Assembly: GCA_963825865.1 (NCBI GenBank)
Contig: CAWGVG010000014.1
Location: forward strand, 32,001-96,000
Length of the DNA stretch: 64,000 nt
DNA from: an uncultured Nitrososphaeraceae archaeon
GTDB taxonomy: Archaea > Thermoproteota > Nitrososphaeria > Nitrososphaerales > Nitrososphaeraceae
Direction of reading: 5' to 3'
Part shown: piece after piece, positions 36,578 through 49,641 of the stretch
How positions within the stretch are numbered: the stretch's first letter is position 1
How the letters are laid out: every line of letters begins with the position of its first letter
Translations under genes and position numbers: made by a program
Notes under the pieces: model-generated
Told to the model about the DNA's origin: nothing
The model's input: only the letters and a program-made list of their open reading frames with translations
Database searches by the model: none

Positions 36578-37577
36578 TGCTCTGTTGCATAATTCATTAG
36601 GATTTTAGGTTATGCAAACCGTTAGCTAGGTCATTCGATTGAACATGTTATACAGAGCTACCTTTAGGAGGAATCTCTTTTACCATGTGAGGAAACTTTC
36701 TAGCTGTTACATGTTCACCAAATGTTCTTTTAATGGAAGAGAATGCTGTTTCTGCTATCCACCTGTACCCATAGCTCACGCTACGCTTCCATTTTTTGAG
36801 GTTTGTCTGTTGTCTTACTACAGACATATTCCTAGCATGACAGTTAGTTGACTTGACCTTGGAATTACTTCTTGTCTTTATACCAGGCTTAATGTGGTTC
36901 TTTGATAGGTATCTAAAATTGTTATTGCTGTCGTACATACCATCTGCTAATATACCCTTCAGATTATTATTTTCAGAAGCATTGTCTACTAACTTCTTTA
37001 GCATCTTACCATCATGTACCTCTTCACTTGTTACCTCCAGAGATACAATTCTTTTCTTCTCGATATCAACTGCTATGTGTATCTTTAGATATCCTTTTCT
37101 GACATGCCATTTGTGGTGCATCCATTCCCCTCGATTCACTACCTTAATGCCGGTGCTGTCTAAAGCAATGACAATATCATTTCCTAATTTTTCATCGATT
37201 TTAATCTCTAGCCTGTTTATACGTCTATTAATGGTACTATAATGTGGTGTGTTTGATACTTCTTTACTTGCATGAGCTATGACTACACCCTGTGTTTGTC
37301 TATATGGTAGATGGAAATATGCTCTCATGTAACCTAGAAGCTGAATAAATGAATTTGGGTAGCAGTAGGGCTCACCAACCTTACCAAGGTTCATTTGACA
37401 TAATTCGTAATCCCATCCATCAAGTACATCAAAATCCAAGAGTACTTGACCACGCCTAACTAGTGATTCATTATAGCAAGGCCAGTCAACCATACCAGAA
37501 TAATTAATACTAGCAAGCTAAATGGTGAGTGGTCAAATAAGTATCACTTACAAGATAATTAATCATGCAACAAAGCA
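36578..37577 (-). mobile_element. IS5-family (IS903-group-like) insertion sequence
   Basis: TIRs GCTCTGTTGCATAATT (36579) and rc GCTTTGTTGCATGATT (37561-37576) enclose a transposase. No target duplication seen. Confidence 0.88.
36648..37493 (-). CDS. IS5-family DDE transposase
   Basis: YNESLVRRG, ALDSTGIKV, YLKIHIAVD, LADGMYD and RWIAETAFSSIKRTFG motifs. Confidence 0.93.
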   Translation of the reverse strand: MVDWPCYNESLVRRGQVLLDFDVLDGWDYELCQMNLGKVGEPYCYPNSFIQLLGYMRAYFHLPYRQTQGVVIAHASKEVSNTPHYSTINRRINRLEIKIDEKLGNDIVIALDSTGIKVVNRGEWMHHKWHVRKGYLKIHIAVDIEKKRIVSLEVTSEEVHDGKMLKKLVDNASENNNLKGILADGMYDSNNNFRYLSKNHIKPGIKTRSNSKVKSTNCHARNMSVVRQQTNLKKWKRSVSYGYRWIAETAFSSIKRTFGEHVTARKFPHMVKEIPPKGSSV

Positions 37578-37790
37578 AATTGTTCTACTGATATGCTTTT
37601 ACAAGACTAGATTATTACCTGTCCTAGTTTAGATTCATAGAAAACTATCAATTGCAGCGTGTCGCTGGAAGTATAGCTGTATATTTCTTCGATACTGGAC
37701 ACACTCACTCAAAACCCCTTCGGTGTATGCTCAAATTATACAGTTTATGGTCATCATATCCAAAATCAACTGCTCCATGTAACATACTCC
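37578..37790 (-). pseudogene. Decayed DDE transposase remnant
   Basis: Interrupted translation DFGYDDHKLYNL..RGFE*VCPV...LQLIVFYESKLGQVI..KSISVEQ resembles the second-D/E region of archaeal IS4/IS5-like transposases. Confidence 0.55.
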
Positions 37791-38168
37791 TTATGGAAGG
37801 GAATATTTTCAAACCTTTCTGTCATATGGATATAATTCATAGCAAGAAAATCATGTAATGCTCGATTGGAATCCAATCTTAGCTATATCCTTAATATAAA
37901 ATATCCTCTTTTCTTCTTCTGGCACTTCTGGCACAAGGCTACTAACATTAGTATCTTATATATTCCTGCTCAAATACTTGTTAGACACTGCGACATTCTT
38001 TTTACTTCTAAATTATAATTACAAGTAGCATTTGCATGTGCCTCTAAAGTAAGATTCATTTATCTTGGTCAAATATTTTAAAATCTCCATCGGTATTTGA
38101 ATCTATATCGTTCTATATTGTTATACACAAAAAAATAACATAACTGAATTTGCCTATCGCTATAGTGT

Positions 38169-39335
38169 CTATAAAGTTATGGATCTTATGATAGTTAATA
38201 ATGTATTTTCCATAAGAAACCAGTTGTACCTAGATACAAATGCCTTTCTGCCATTGTTTCCAAGCTCGTTTGCAAGGGTAGGATTATCCCTTAATTTAGT
38301 TATTGCAGTTCTAATCATTTCAACATTTTTAGACTCTATGACAAGACCACAATTTTCTTCTGTCACTATTTTACTCAGATAGGTTCCTTTAATAGCTATT
38401 ATTGGTTTTCCACACATCATGGCCTCGAACAATTTATTGGGTGATGCATAAATGAAGTTTCGTATAATTGGAGCATATAATATTGCTATACAATTACTTA
38501 GATAAGTTAATTCAAGGATTTTAGCATGTTCTACTTTACCAATATATAATATATTTTCTTTGTCTCGAATATGGTTTTTGAATTCTTTTTCCATGGCACC
38601 AAAACCCGCAACCAGCAATCTTATATCAGACATTCCATCTACTGCCCCTACTAAATGATACAAACCTCTGTCGGGTCCTATTCCACCTCCATAAAATATG
38701 GTAAATTTGTCATTTACAAATTTCGATATACGCTTATCATAAACAGCATTTTGGGATAGGTGTTCATAACTATCATAATTTGTATTGTAAATAACAAATA
38801 CCTTTCTCTTATCTACATCACCTAACTGTTCTAATATATAGGAAGGATTTGGTATTATAACGGCATTAACTCTTTTAATCAGGAATCTTTCTATATCAGC
38901 AACTATTCGCCTTAATGTCCGAAAGTTGTTTGGGATATATGCATCAGCATAAAAATCAGCTATATCATAAATAATTTTTTCTCTCTTCAATTTTGCTATT
39001 GTCCATATAGGTAATAATGTATCTAGATTCTCGGGAACGATAACATTAAATTTGTTTGTCACACAAAAAATAATTATATAAATTATCCAGATAGGGAGCT
39101 TGAGAATCAAATTTATTCCATATGGTGCTTTAAACTTGAATCGATGTATTTCTATACCAGCAGATAATTCTTGTTTGGACAACACCGACTCTCTATCCCA
39201 CTCTAAAATCATAACATTATATTTTGTTGCATATGTCTTGGCCATTCGATGAACGCGAGGAATTCCGGCAATAGTTGAGAGCATCAGCATCCTAGGTTTT
39301 GTTATCGTTGTTTTTTTAGACTGCATATATATCAT
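38169..39335 (-). CDS. Glycosyltransferase family 4 (GT-B)
   Basis: IFYGGGIGPDRGL and ASPNKLFEAMMCGKPII motifs. Confidence 0.93.
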   Translation of the reverse strand: MIYMQSKKTTITKPRMLMLSTIAGIPRVHRMAKTYATKYNVMILEWDRESVLSKQELSAGIEIHRFKFKAPYGINLILKLPIWIIYIIIFCVTNKFNVIVPENLDTLLPIWTIAKLKREKIIYDIADFYADAYIPNNFRTLRRIVADIERFLIKRVNAVIIPNPSYILEQLGDVDKRKVFVIYNTNYDSYEHLSQNAVYDKRISKFVNDKFTIFYGGGIGPDRGLYHLVGAVDGMSDIRLLVAGFGAMEKEFKNHIRDKENILYIGKVEHAKILELTYLSNCIAILYAPIIRNFIYASPNKLFEAMMCGKPIIAIKGTYLSKIVTEENCGLVIESKNVEMIRTAITKLRDNPTLANELGNNGRKAFVSRYNWFLMENTLLTIIRSITL

Positions 39336-39568
39336 TATTAATAAAAACTGAAGCTAAATTACTTTTCGGAAAGGCGTTTAGAAGAAATTGCGATAATTTA
39401 TTGTCATAAACGTAATGTAACATCATTCTTCTCAATAGTGATATTTTTATCTATAAATACTGTGAAAAGAGCTAGTCACATATTTCGTTAGTAAACTTAA
39501 AATAATAATATGCGTTTTGTCAATTGTAGATCTAACATCATCTTGGTGGGAGAATAGGGATTGGAACA

Positions 39569-40673
39569 ATGAATAAAGACAGCGCAATTGCGCTAATAAT
39601 GGCAATTACAATATTATCTCTGATAGCCGGATTGGAATTGCATTTTTACGGCCCTAGTCCTAGTCAGGGGTCGTCGCCGGAACAATCACCAGAACGATCG
39701 GTAGGAAAATCCACTTCGGAAAAAGCAACACAATATGTTCCAAAGACAATAAATATAGGTATTGTCAAACCGACGTTTACTGCTGCCTGCATATAATAAG
39801 GCTTTCTATCAATTTTATCAAAAACATGACAATTCAACGATCTATACAAATTCGACATTTGGTAAAAATATTACAACCGATCTTCAACTACTCACTGCTA
39901 AAATTCCAAAACATAATCCAAGTGCCTATGGATACGAGGTACCTGGCATAGTAAATGATGTCACGCGTTTGCTGCCTAATGCCAATGTAACAATTCTAAC
40001 AGACGGTGATATACACGAAGGCAAGATATTTAAAACAAATGGTACGCACTTACTCTCCCCTCCGATGGCACCTGATTCAGGAAGAGCTTATGGTATACTA
40101 ATACTAGGCCATCAGGAGTATGTGACACAGAAAGAATATGATAACTTGAAGAATTTTGTGGCAAATGGTGGTACAATAATCTTTATTGATGCAAATACAT
40201 TCTATGCAGAAGTAAGCTATGACAAGGGAGCACAAACAGTAACCTTGATCAAAGGCCATGGTTATGCATTTAACGGCAAGACAGCTTGGAAAAGTCTCAA
40301 TGAACGATGGGAAAATGAAACTTCACAGTGGGTTGGAAGCAATTTTTATTATTGGGGGGGAAATAATTATGATATAAAATTTAAAACCAATCCCTTTAAC
40401 TATACGCACTTTGAGGAGCAGTATATTACAAATCCCAACGTGAAAGTAATACTAGACTATTATGCAGATGCTCCTAATATTGCAGACTTCGGTTATCCTA
40501 AACCTGAAATTGCAATCTATGAAATGGAATATCTTAAAGGGAAGGTAATAATGTTTAGTATTTTCTCCTATTATCTTATAGATGAAGGTTATTTTATAGG
40601 CAATGTGAAAGGTCATGAGAATTTTATGAAATTCTTTAATACGTTGCTATTGAGGAATATTCCTAATGGATAA
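39569..40673 (+). CDS. Membrane-anchored protein with N,N-dimethylformamidase-beta-like (class I GATase-like) domain (frameshift near 39790)
   Basis: N-terminal TM; VKPTFTAA(A)Y and ILILGHQEYVTQKEYDNLKNFVANGGTIIFIDANTFYAEV motifs. Confidence 0.7.
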
Positions 40674-40826
40674 ATGCTAAAAGGATCAAGGAAGTCATAT
40701 GCTAACTGAAGAAATATAAATAAATTAATGGCGATATTATTTATTATACATACAAAAGTTCTTATAATTAAAGTGCAATAAATATGACGTTTTGGATAGT
40801 TGAATTATTGTCACTAGGGGTTGGAA

Positions 40827-42972
40827 TTAGCCCCTAGTGACACTATTAACATGGTCGTTTCCATTTAGTGCAAATACAAAGGTATTTGTGGATTTATATT
40901 CTAATTTGAAGTATTTTTTATTAAAGAAATTATCAAAACCCCCAAAGCCTTGAAATTTGTCTATCGGAAACATTACAAAATAAGTATCAGGATTTATTTT
41001 TAAATTAAGATTATTGGTTTTGAGCCATTCAGTGGTTCTAGGAGTTATTATGATAATTATCTTCTTTCCAAAATTTGAAACAATTTTATCATAAGCATTA
41101 GAAGCATCTTCAGCTGTCATAGCAGATTTGACTAATTTTGCAACTGTAATATTCCATCCAATAGCCGGTATGTTTTGCCTAAATGCCAATCCTTTCATCT
41201 CGATAACTGTAAATGGATCAGAGAATACCAGATAGTCCCTGGGAGTATTTTTTTCAATCCATTTGGCAGCATTTAGTTCGTCCCCGGTAAAATTAATAAA
41301 TGTATCTCCATGTTGTGCATATCCGCTAATATATAATTCATAAGGTTTCATCAACACAGGGAATAACAAAATACTAGCAATTGTGATGTATATTGTGCTC
41401 CACTTAGTTATATTTCTAGATAAAGTTACGAGCTCCAGCCAATAAGGCTTGAATTTTGAATTATGGTTATGCGAACCGTACAACATTTTTGACTCTGATT
41501 TCTGTTTCGTTCCATAGGAATGGTTTTTTTGAGATCTATGAAAATAGGGTCTTTTTAATAGATGGAAAGTTGGTATCATGATCAATACTGCCGCCGCAAA
41601 TGATAGCAAAGGTCTTTCTAAAGTCATAATACGCTGAATAACACTAATTTGCTGAAAATAAACAAAAAACAAAATAGATGTAATAAAACTTAAGATAACA
41701 GCCCTTCTCTCTACAGATATGGAGAGAGTAATTAAACCTAGAATGGATAAAGATGCAGTAAGCAGAGTATACCACTGATCGAGATGGATGATCTTAGTAG
41801 CTGTATTATACAAGTAGCTATAATCAATCATATGAGATTGGTTAAAAATATTTTGTAATTGCAGTTGGAAAGTAATATATCCCCACAAGTACCAAGAAAA
41901 GAATAACCGCAATAGAGATTGTAGCTATTCGTATCAAAAAAAAGAAGAAATCATTTTTCGATATATAGGACAAAGATACCAAATATAATGATAATACAAA
42001 AGCCGTTGCAAGTCCTAACTCATAGTGAATTAACACTAACCCCGAAAAAACAACAAGCGTTAAAATAATTGGTAATTTTTTGTTTGTATTTGATCTTTTC
42101 CATATGACATCAACAACAAGGAAAGTTATAGGAAAGATGCTCATTACAAACGAACTAGGAACAAAAACCTGTATATTTGGAGACATCCCCATTTCAGTAA
42201 TGGCTAACCCAATAAAAGATCCAACGAAAGCAATCATATGATTTCTACTAACCCAATATGATATAGCATATAGCGATACAGCAAAAAGAGAGGAAAGTAT
42301 TATTGAAGCTGTCCAGAAAATCTCTATTACATCTGCATTAAAAGTAGCAGAACCTAAAGCAACAAGCAAGTGAAAGGTTGGAAGGTAAACTACTGTATTA
42401 GTATCAACGGATCCATTCAAAAAACTTTTGATGACATACATATGAGAAAAAGTATCAAAACCTGGAGTTAGCGGGTATGGCGAGAAAAAACGAATAAAGG
42501 TACCAAATGGGATTCCCAATATTAAAGAAAATACTAGAATTTTAATTATTATTTGTTTATCAACTTTTTTTACTTCTGTTTTTTTATTCAGTGATAGTAC
42601 GAAATTTAAAGGTATAGCCATTAGCAATAATATTGGACCAAGAATATTTGCTGTAAATAAGTGACTAATTGATGCAGGAAATGCAAATAATATAATCAAT
42701 AAGAGACCTATGAACCATTTAATTAAAACATCAAAAACCCCTACGCCATTGATGTAATTTGATAAACTTTTAATTGGTTTTATTGGTATGGCGACAAAAA
42801 GATCTCCTATGCTAAAAGGGATATAAAGAATCCACAATAGTGCTAAAATTGTTAATATAAATCCTGGAAGCGTAACTGTTTCAGATAATATAAAAAGTAG
42901 GAAAAGAATTATGCCGGTTAACCTGAAAAGAGACATATGTCTGAAGGATTGGGTTAACGATTGTATCATCAC
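40827..42972 (-). CDS. Polytopic membrane protein with GT-C/AglB-like layout (frameshift near 41880)
   Basis: About 13 TM segments, loop motif PGFDTFSH, and a soluble C-terminal domain ELNAAKWIEKNTPRDYLVFSDP. Confidence 0.65.
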
Positions 42973-43160
42973 TATGCTTGTATCATCAAAATCCTCATAG
43001 ACAAACTAAAATGTCCCTCTAAAATAATACAACAACGAAGGCGTTATGAGGTACAATCAAAAATAACCAGTCCTTAGATGTCAAAGTAATAATTGACCGA
43101 TATATATCCAGATTAAAAATTACCGTTGGTGATAATAATTCTGGGAATGTAACCTGTCGT

Positions 43161-44234
43161 TCAGTCTTTTAGCAATATATTTGTCAAATTTGTTTTATTA
43201 TCCTTCCATTTATAAATACTTGTCACGTCCCAACCATTTTCTACGAGTTTATTATTGTCTGGTACCGATGAAAACTCCAGTTCCACTAGTCTACTTATTC
43301 CTAAATTATGAAGTATAGTTCGAGAATATCCCACGATGGTGTTGTAATGAGAGCGAATATCTCCAACTACAAAGTATGAATTACCTCCAGGAAGTACTAC
43401 CGGAGGATTCTCAGTAGTTCTATCCAAATCGATTCTAAATTCTAATGAATTGAGTATTGAATTATTTTGCATGACTAAGTCTATTTTTCTAAGATACAAG
43501 TTATCATCCGCAATCAAATCATGTAGGCTAATTAACCTAGATGAATACGCATTAATTTTTTCATAATAATGGTTACCTATCCACCCTCTTGGATAAACAG
43601 TACCACGAACAAAGGTTAGAATATAGTTCCCATGGTTACCCTCTATAGTGAATGTAAAACTTATTTGATAATCTATAGCAGACGTTTTAGCCGATTTGCC
43701 TATAACCAGCGAAATATAGTTGCCTCTATAATCAAGATCTTTCAACTCAAAACCGGCATAATCCTTGCCAGTACTTCCGGACATTATAAATAAGGGTGGA
43801 GTGCCATTTTTATCATCAATTGTTAAGTTATTTTTTTCGGTTTGTCCCCATGGTTCAAAATCCAGCTCCCCCTGAACCAATTGATTGGCATTACGTAAGA
43901 GTATCATACCACTGTGAACCAAATTAGTCTCATTAAGCAACGAGGATATATTATGCGCCATATATGGAATATCAACGTTGATATAATTAGTAAATTTTGA
44001 CTTATTAGTGAAACTTGAATTGTTTGTATTTGCATTAAAATCTGTTCTTCTTCCTTTAGCATTATCTGCTGCAAGTGTGTCTCTGGGATAAGACGAAATT
44101 GCAGAGCACATATTTAATATAACTGGGATATATAAAACAACCACAACCGCTAAAATACTAAATATTATTATTTTCAAATTATTAATCATCGGCGTTGCAT
44201 TTTTCTCAAAAACAACATGGATCCCGCCTTGCAA
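43161..44234 (-). CDS. Membrane-anchored hypothetical protein
   Basis: N-terminal TM and an Asn-rich extracellular region. Confidence 0.65.
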   Translation of the reverse strand: MQGGIHVVFEKNATPMINNLKIIIFSILAVVVVLYIPVILNMCSAISSYPRDTLAADNAKGRRTDFNANTNNSSFTNKSKFTNYINVDIPYMAHNISSLLNETNLVHSGMILLRNANQLVQGELDFEPWGQTEKNNLTIDDKNGTPPLFIMSGSTGKDYAGFELKDLDYRGNYISLVIGKSAKTSAIDYQISFTFTIEGNHGNYILTFVRGTVYPRGWIGNHYYEKINAYSSRLISLHDLIADDNLYLRKIDLVMQNNSILNSLEFRIDLDRTTENPPVVLPGGNSYFVVGDIRSHYNTIVGYSRTILHNLGISRLVELEFSSVPDNNKLVENGWDVTSIYKWKDNKTNLTNILLKD

Positions 44235-44431
44235 TATAAAAATTTATCGTAGGGAAGTCCTCAAAAGACATTTTCACTATAAAAGAGCCAAGTTAGTAGA
44301 TTGTTTTGTCAAATATATATCAAAACACAATTTTTTCCAGTAAAAAGACGAAGAGAGAAGAGAGGATGGCGAAAATGATCCTTTAAATAGAGAAATATAA
44401 TTCTTAAGCATCGATGTAATTCTATACCTGT

Positions 44432-45945
44432 TCATTGTCTAAACTTATTTAATTTCACACAAACTATATTCCATAGATTGAGTATGGGATTGGCAACACT
44501 GTAAGGCACAATTGCCAAAAAATCTTGTATATCAATTTTAGTTATGATGTGCAGCCTTAGCAATAGCAAATATGATATAGCAAGTGTAATGGAAATACCT
44601 ATCACATAATTTACTTGAAAATAACTTAAAAGAAATCCAAATCCTGTTGGTAAAGCTAGTATAAAAGCAATGTCCTTCCAAAATATCTGCATTTCAATTT
44701 TTTTGGCGATAACGATTGATACAACGAATCCAATGACGGATCCGAAAGTGTAGCTTATAGCTGCCTCCCACACTATTGTCATAAATTGGAATAAAGATAA
44801 GATAAAGTATAGCAGTAGGGATATTAGTTGCAACACCAATTGCCAAAACTTGCCGATAATTGCCATATGCATTCACTAATGTATTGATTCCTGTCATTAC
44901 TACAATCGGAAGCATTGATAACAATAGAATTTGTAGGGAAGAAGCACCTACAGCATAATCTTGACCAAACAACTGCATAATCTGCTTTGAATAAAAAATG
45001 ACTGAATAGGATAAAGGCAATGACATAATTAAACTCATTTTTGTCACTCGCCACGCAAATTTTTTTCGACCTTCCTGCATAGCGCTAAGTACAGGATATG
45101 CAATTGTAAACAAAACCGACATAAATGCCGCTATTGCAGTAAATAGAGAATATGCTATAAAATAAACCCCGGCTTGGCTTGCGCCAATAGATCCAAATAC
45201 TAATAATGGTCCTAGGTACAATGCCGCTGTATGAATTACATACGGAATCCAGCTTGCTCCACCTGAAACCAAGATATTTTTAAAAGACTCTCCAAAGCTT
45301 ACTTCTGCTTTATCATTAGGTAATGACTTGAAAATCATTACTATTGAGATGGTTAAGAGAATTGATGACAAAATTGGATAAAAAGTAAAACTAATAGCAA
45401 TACCTAACGCACCAACACCAATCAAAATTAGAATAACTCCTAGAACAATCTTAGCAATTGCAGAAAGGATCATTATTATAGGCAATGTCTTTGTCTTTAA
45501 AGACGCAATAACTATTGAGCGAAGCAGAGTTGTAATGGCAGTAGAACCTATCAGTGAAATGGTTACGATAATTAAACTAAAATCAATTCTAAAAGTATCA
45601 TGAATCCAATTATAAGTAATTAAAATTAGCGCACCGCATGCAACTATTCCAATAGCGGTAAGAAGTAAAGAAGTTTTTACATATACTTTAGCATCACTTA
45701 GTTTTCGTTCAGAAAAGCTCTTTCCTAGGAAACGTTGAACACCTATAGGGATACCAATATTTGCGACAGTTGCAAAAATAGCGCCAAGAGAAACGACCGT
45801 AGATGATACGCCAATTACCTGGGGTGTGGTAATTTTAGACATGATAAGCCAAAAAATATATCCAAAGAGCATCGTAGCAAATGTCTCAATATATATATAT
45901 ATAATACCCTTTCCGACTACATTTTTGCTTAATTTCTCTCACCAT
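44432..45945 (-). CDS. Oligosaccharide flippase (Wzx/MOP family; frameshifted)
   Basis: 12-14 TM segments; GIPIGVQRFLG, AGVYFIAY and LFGQDYAVGASSLQIL motifs. Confidence 0.9.
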
Positions 45946-46922
45946 CTTTTTCTATTAACTATCCAAAAGGCATAGTTTTATATTGATTTCTATAGGACTA
46001 GGCTTTGGTTGAAAGTAATGCGACCTAACGGTAGCATACACTCAATGATATCTCAGACGGACCTGTTAGTATCCAAGTATTATTTACATCTTTTCCACGC
46101 ATACATTTTTTCAAATTGTTCTTATGCATGTGGTAATATAGTTAATAAATGACTCCTTTGAACTTTACATAATCAGATATCTTTTTAACCCTTTGGCGTT
46201 AGGTCATAAGGTTAACCTAACCAGCAGATCACATTGATATTTCTGAATTTGTGGACCCACTACATAATCTTATTCAGCGAATGTTTCGGCTACTGATAAT
46301 TGAGAGTGACGTTCTAACAATTGGCCTCTTACAACATTCTTTCTGGTATGTGAATAAGCTGGAAGTCTTTTTACATATACAACTCCTATTATTGCATATT
46401 CTTTTTTGGGAATAACATACTTTTATGTACTCTCTAAATAGATTTTTTTTGGACCTTTATGATATGCATCATGTTGCGCATGTACGTCAAATATTGATTT
46501 GCCATCTGTCATTTATTTCGATAAAGATTTGCAGAAAAGTAAGCAGAGCAAATACCACAGTATTCAGATCATTGCAGAATTATGTCTGTATAAATATAGT
46601 CACGAGCATTGTTGAATTTTTGCAGATAGTTAAAAATTGACTATATTCATTAGCCAGTAGCCTGGCATATGAATGTGTGTTTTATAGTTGAGACAAAAAG
46701 CATTATGATGCAACCCATCTATAATAATTGAGATACTCCAGTTAGCAAATCTGTTAGTTTGTGTTATTATTTAAAATAATTCAATTCCTCTACAGATACT
46801 TTAGATTTTGTTTATATAAATAGTTCTTTTTGTCTCGTAGAGGGTTAAAAGTAAAGGATAAATTAAAAGGTTAACTTTTGCTTTTCGTATTTTTATATAA
46901 TGTAATTGTATGACAGCTTAAT

Positions 46923-48185
46923 ATGGCAGATACTAAAGAAAAAGATAATATTTCAAGGGGAAAGTTTCTAAAGATGTTATGTGCTGGAGCCTTTATTTTG
47001 GCAACTGGAGGACTAGCCGGGCTCGGTCAGTCAATAAAAAACAAACGATCTATGGCTCAAGAACCTTCCGTTCAGGGATCTAGCCCCACTTCGATCCAAG
47101 TAAATATGCAAGTTGCCTGTAATTATATTATTTACTGGACTGGTTCTATAAATAATCCTACATATTGGGCCCAGAGAACTTCTGATGGCAAACAGCTACT
47201 AAATAACGGTTCACACTTGGCGGAAGTTGTAATCCAGGCTGGACTAGATCAATGGTTCCATGACGAGCCAAGGTCCAGGATAGGACCAGGGCACATCTAC
47301 ATAAAAAGTGGAGATTATAGATTATCTAAGACCTTTAAAGGATTTAACATCAAATCATTTACTAGGTTAACATTAGATCCGACAGCTGGACTTATTGTTC
47401 CTGATGGATATGATGGATATGTATTCAGATTACATAGTGATGACGAGTCAGGCAATATTACTGACTGCATAATAGACGGGGGATCCATTAGAGAAGGTAT
47501 ACCTCAAAGGCGTTGGACCGCAATACAGCTTCAGGGTTCTGCAAATGCACAGGATATTGGAGTCGTATCTAATAAAATTATGAATACAACTATATATGAT
47601 GCAGGAATTGGAATAAAACTCCTTGTGGATGGAACAAAAGGATTTGTTAACGGTAACTCATTTCAGTTCTTGAAGATGTATACAAATAATATATTCATTG
47701 ATTTTGGAATGGATCCACTTCTGGAGTCAAAATTTGTGCTAGGAAGCAAAGAATCTGGAATACATGGAAACTATTTCCAAAATTTGCAATGTCAGTGCGG
47801 TTACAATACAATACACGGAATAAAGGATATCAGACATGATGGCAATACTTTCATCGATGTCAAGGTCTGGGATATACAAAGTGGAGCTATATCATCTAAT
47901 ACCCACGAGCATGCAACAGGTACCATAATAATAGGAGGTGTGATGACGAATCAACTTTTCACAGATCAAGGGAAATATACAAAGATATTTGATGAATGGC
48001 AAGGATTCAAACTTGGGGTTGACAGTCTTGATATTCCATCAGCAGCAATACAAATAGGAACATTCGGATCACAGAAGCTTGGATTTTTTGGAGCAAGTCC
48101 TGTAGGAAAACAACCATTTGATGCCAAGCTATCTAAATTGGAGAACATCTACAATGCGCTAAAGGCATACGGATTATTGAGCTAA
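46923..48185 (+). CDS. Exported right-handed beta-helix (pectin-lyase-like) protein
   Basis: Tat-like SRGKFLK plus hydrophobic stretch; VIQAGLD..GHIYIKSGDY beta-helix cap; NxF/GIxL strand repeats. Confidence 0.7.
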   Translation: MADTKEKDNISRGKFLKMLCAGAFILATGGLAGLGQSIKNKRSMAQEPSVQGSSPTSIQVNMQVACNYIIYWTGSINNPTYWAQRTSDGKQLLNNGSHLAEVVIQAGLDQWFHDEPRSRIGPGHIYIKSGDYRLSKTFKGFNIKSFTRLTLDPTAGLIVPDGYDGYVFRLHSDDESGNITDCIIDGGSIREGIPQRRWTAIQLQGSANAQDIGVVSNKIMNTTIYDAGIGIKLLVDGTKGFVNGNSFQFLKMYTNNIFIDFGMDPLLESKFVLGSKESGIHGNYFQNLQCQCGYNTIHGIKDIRHDGNTFIDVKVWDIQSGAISSNTHEHATGTIIIGGVMTNQLFTDQGKYTKIFDEWQGFKLGVDSLDIPSAAIQIGTFGSQKLGFFGASPVGKQPFDAKLSKLENIYNALKAYGLLS

Positions 48186-48303
48186 TAATTTATATGCAAT
48201 GCTCTTAGTGAAGCGCCATTTGCTACCAGAGCTGACTTTAAATGCAGGTTATATTCTCATGAAAGACTTTCATTAGCTATCTAAATCTAGGCTATAGCGT
48301 ATA

Positions 48304-48576
48304 GGCTCTGTTCATTTAGCAGTTTTCATTTTTTCGATAACTTCTTTATTGTAAATATATGTACGAATAGAAGCAACCACTTCATTACATGTTCTAGTTT
48401 GCATCTCTCTTCTTTTCTACAAGGAAAACAGTCATCAATAAAACATTCAGTTCTATCTTTAACGTACTGGATTGTACGGTCAATAATGCTTTTCCCATAA
48501 GATGAATATGTAAATGATATATGTTCTATCTTCAAGAATTTACATGCTTGAGGATACCAAGTACCACTATCTGTAG
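48304..48576 (-). mobile_element. Truncated IS6-family element (right end)
   Basis: TIR GGCTCTGTTCATTTA; STDSGTWYPQACKFLK...RTIQYVKDRTECF is nearly identical to 53780-54040. Confidence 0.9.
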
Positions 48577-49641
48577 ACGACCTGTAGTCAGATTTCTGTC
48601 AGAAATGGTTATTATTTGTGGTGATGATCATGATGATTGTGTGGAACTACAGTGCTGATGCTAAATGATGCATCTTGGTATCCTTTTGCTTATACTGTAA
48701 AGCTGGCGCTGGCAACTCCAATTGGAGGGTTACTTCCTATTGTCCAGCATGCAGATGAATGGCCTGGATCGGGAAGATTAATTAGAGGAAATGAAGGATC
48801 ACAGGAAGAGAGAGATAGCTACTTGAGGGAACTGGTTATACATGTGACACTTTGCAATTTATCAACTGATTTTACACATGGCCTGTAAGAGCAATACAAA
48901 GAAATTTTGTGTTTATAAGTAAAGGATTGAGTAAGATCCGATTAAAGCAAAGATTGGAGGCCTTTGAATACGTACAGATTTGCAAACTATACTCCCCCCT
49001 ACAGGTAGAGAACAGGTACGCAGGAATTAAAAAATGAAAGGATCAAAAGCGGCTGTAACAATTTCCGCTCTTCTTAGGCTATTTTATTTAATAAGATATA
49101 ATCATATTATCAATAGAAGCCAACAAGCAATGGCATGTTTTTGCTGTTTAGGTATCTGCTTTTTACATAATTCCTTATATTTGTAGAATGTTATTCTTAT
49201 TCATTATTTCGGCCAATTATATTTAGATTTACTTTATGTGCTAGTGTAACTAGGAAATACGCCTATCCAGGAAAAAAGTATTTTAAATCACCACGTAAAT
49301 TTTAATAGTTTTTTTTGTCTTCGTTATCTATGTATGTACAGCATAATGAGCAGAATAACACTGCTGATTTATACATGACATCAAAAATTAATATTCCCGA
49401 GTATGATAAAGAATCTGCTATACATCAAACCTTATATATTTTAAAACAACAGAGCGAACTTGTTAAAGTCACAATAGTTAATGATTTTTTAAAAAGAAGG
49501 CCAAAAAAGCATTATGAACAATTTATTTTGTCTGCAGTACTTTTTACAGCTTTTGCAATCATCATACTCACAGAACTCTCAGGCATGTTACAAATAATTC
49601 ATCTAGAAAAATCCATCACGCCTATTGGGGGAAGAACTTGA

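Noticed and set aside
48637-49641. ORFs 48637-48888 and 49315-49641
   Set aside because: No recognisable motifs and weak starts; probably decayed or spurious, so not annotated.
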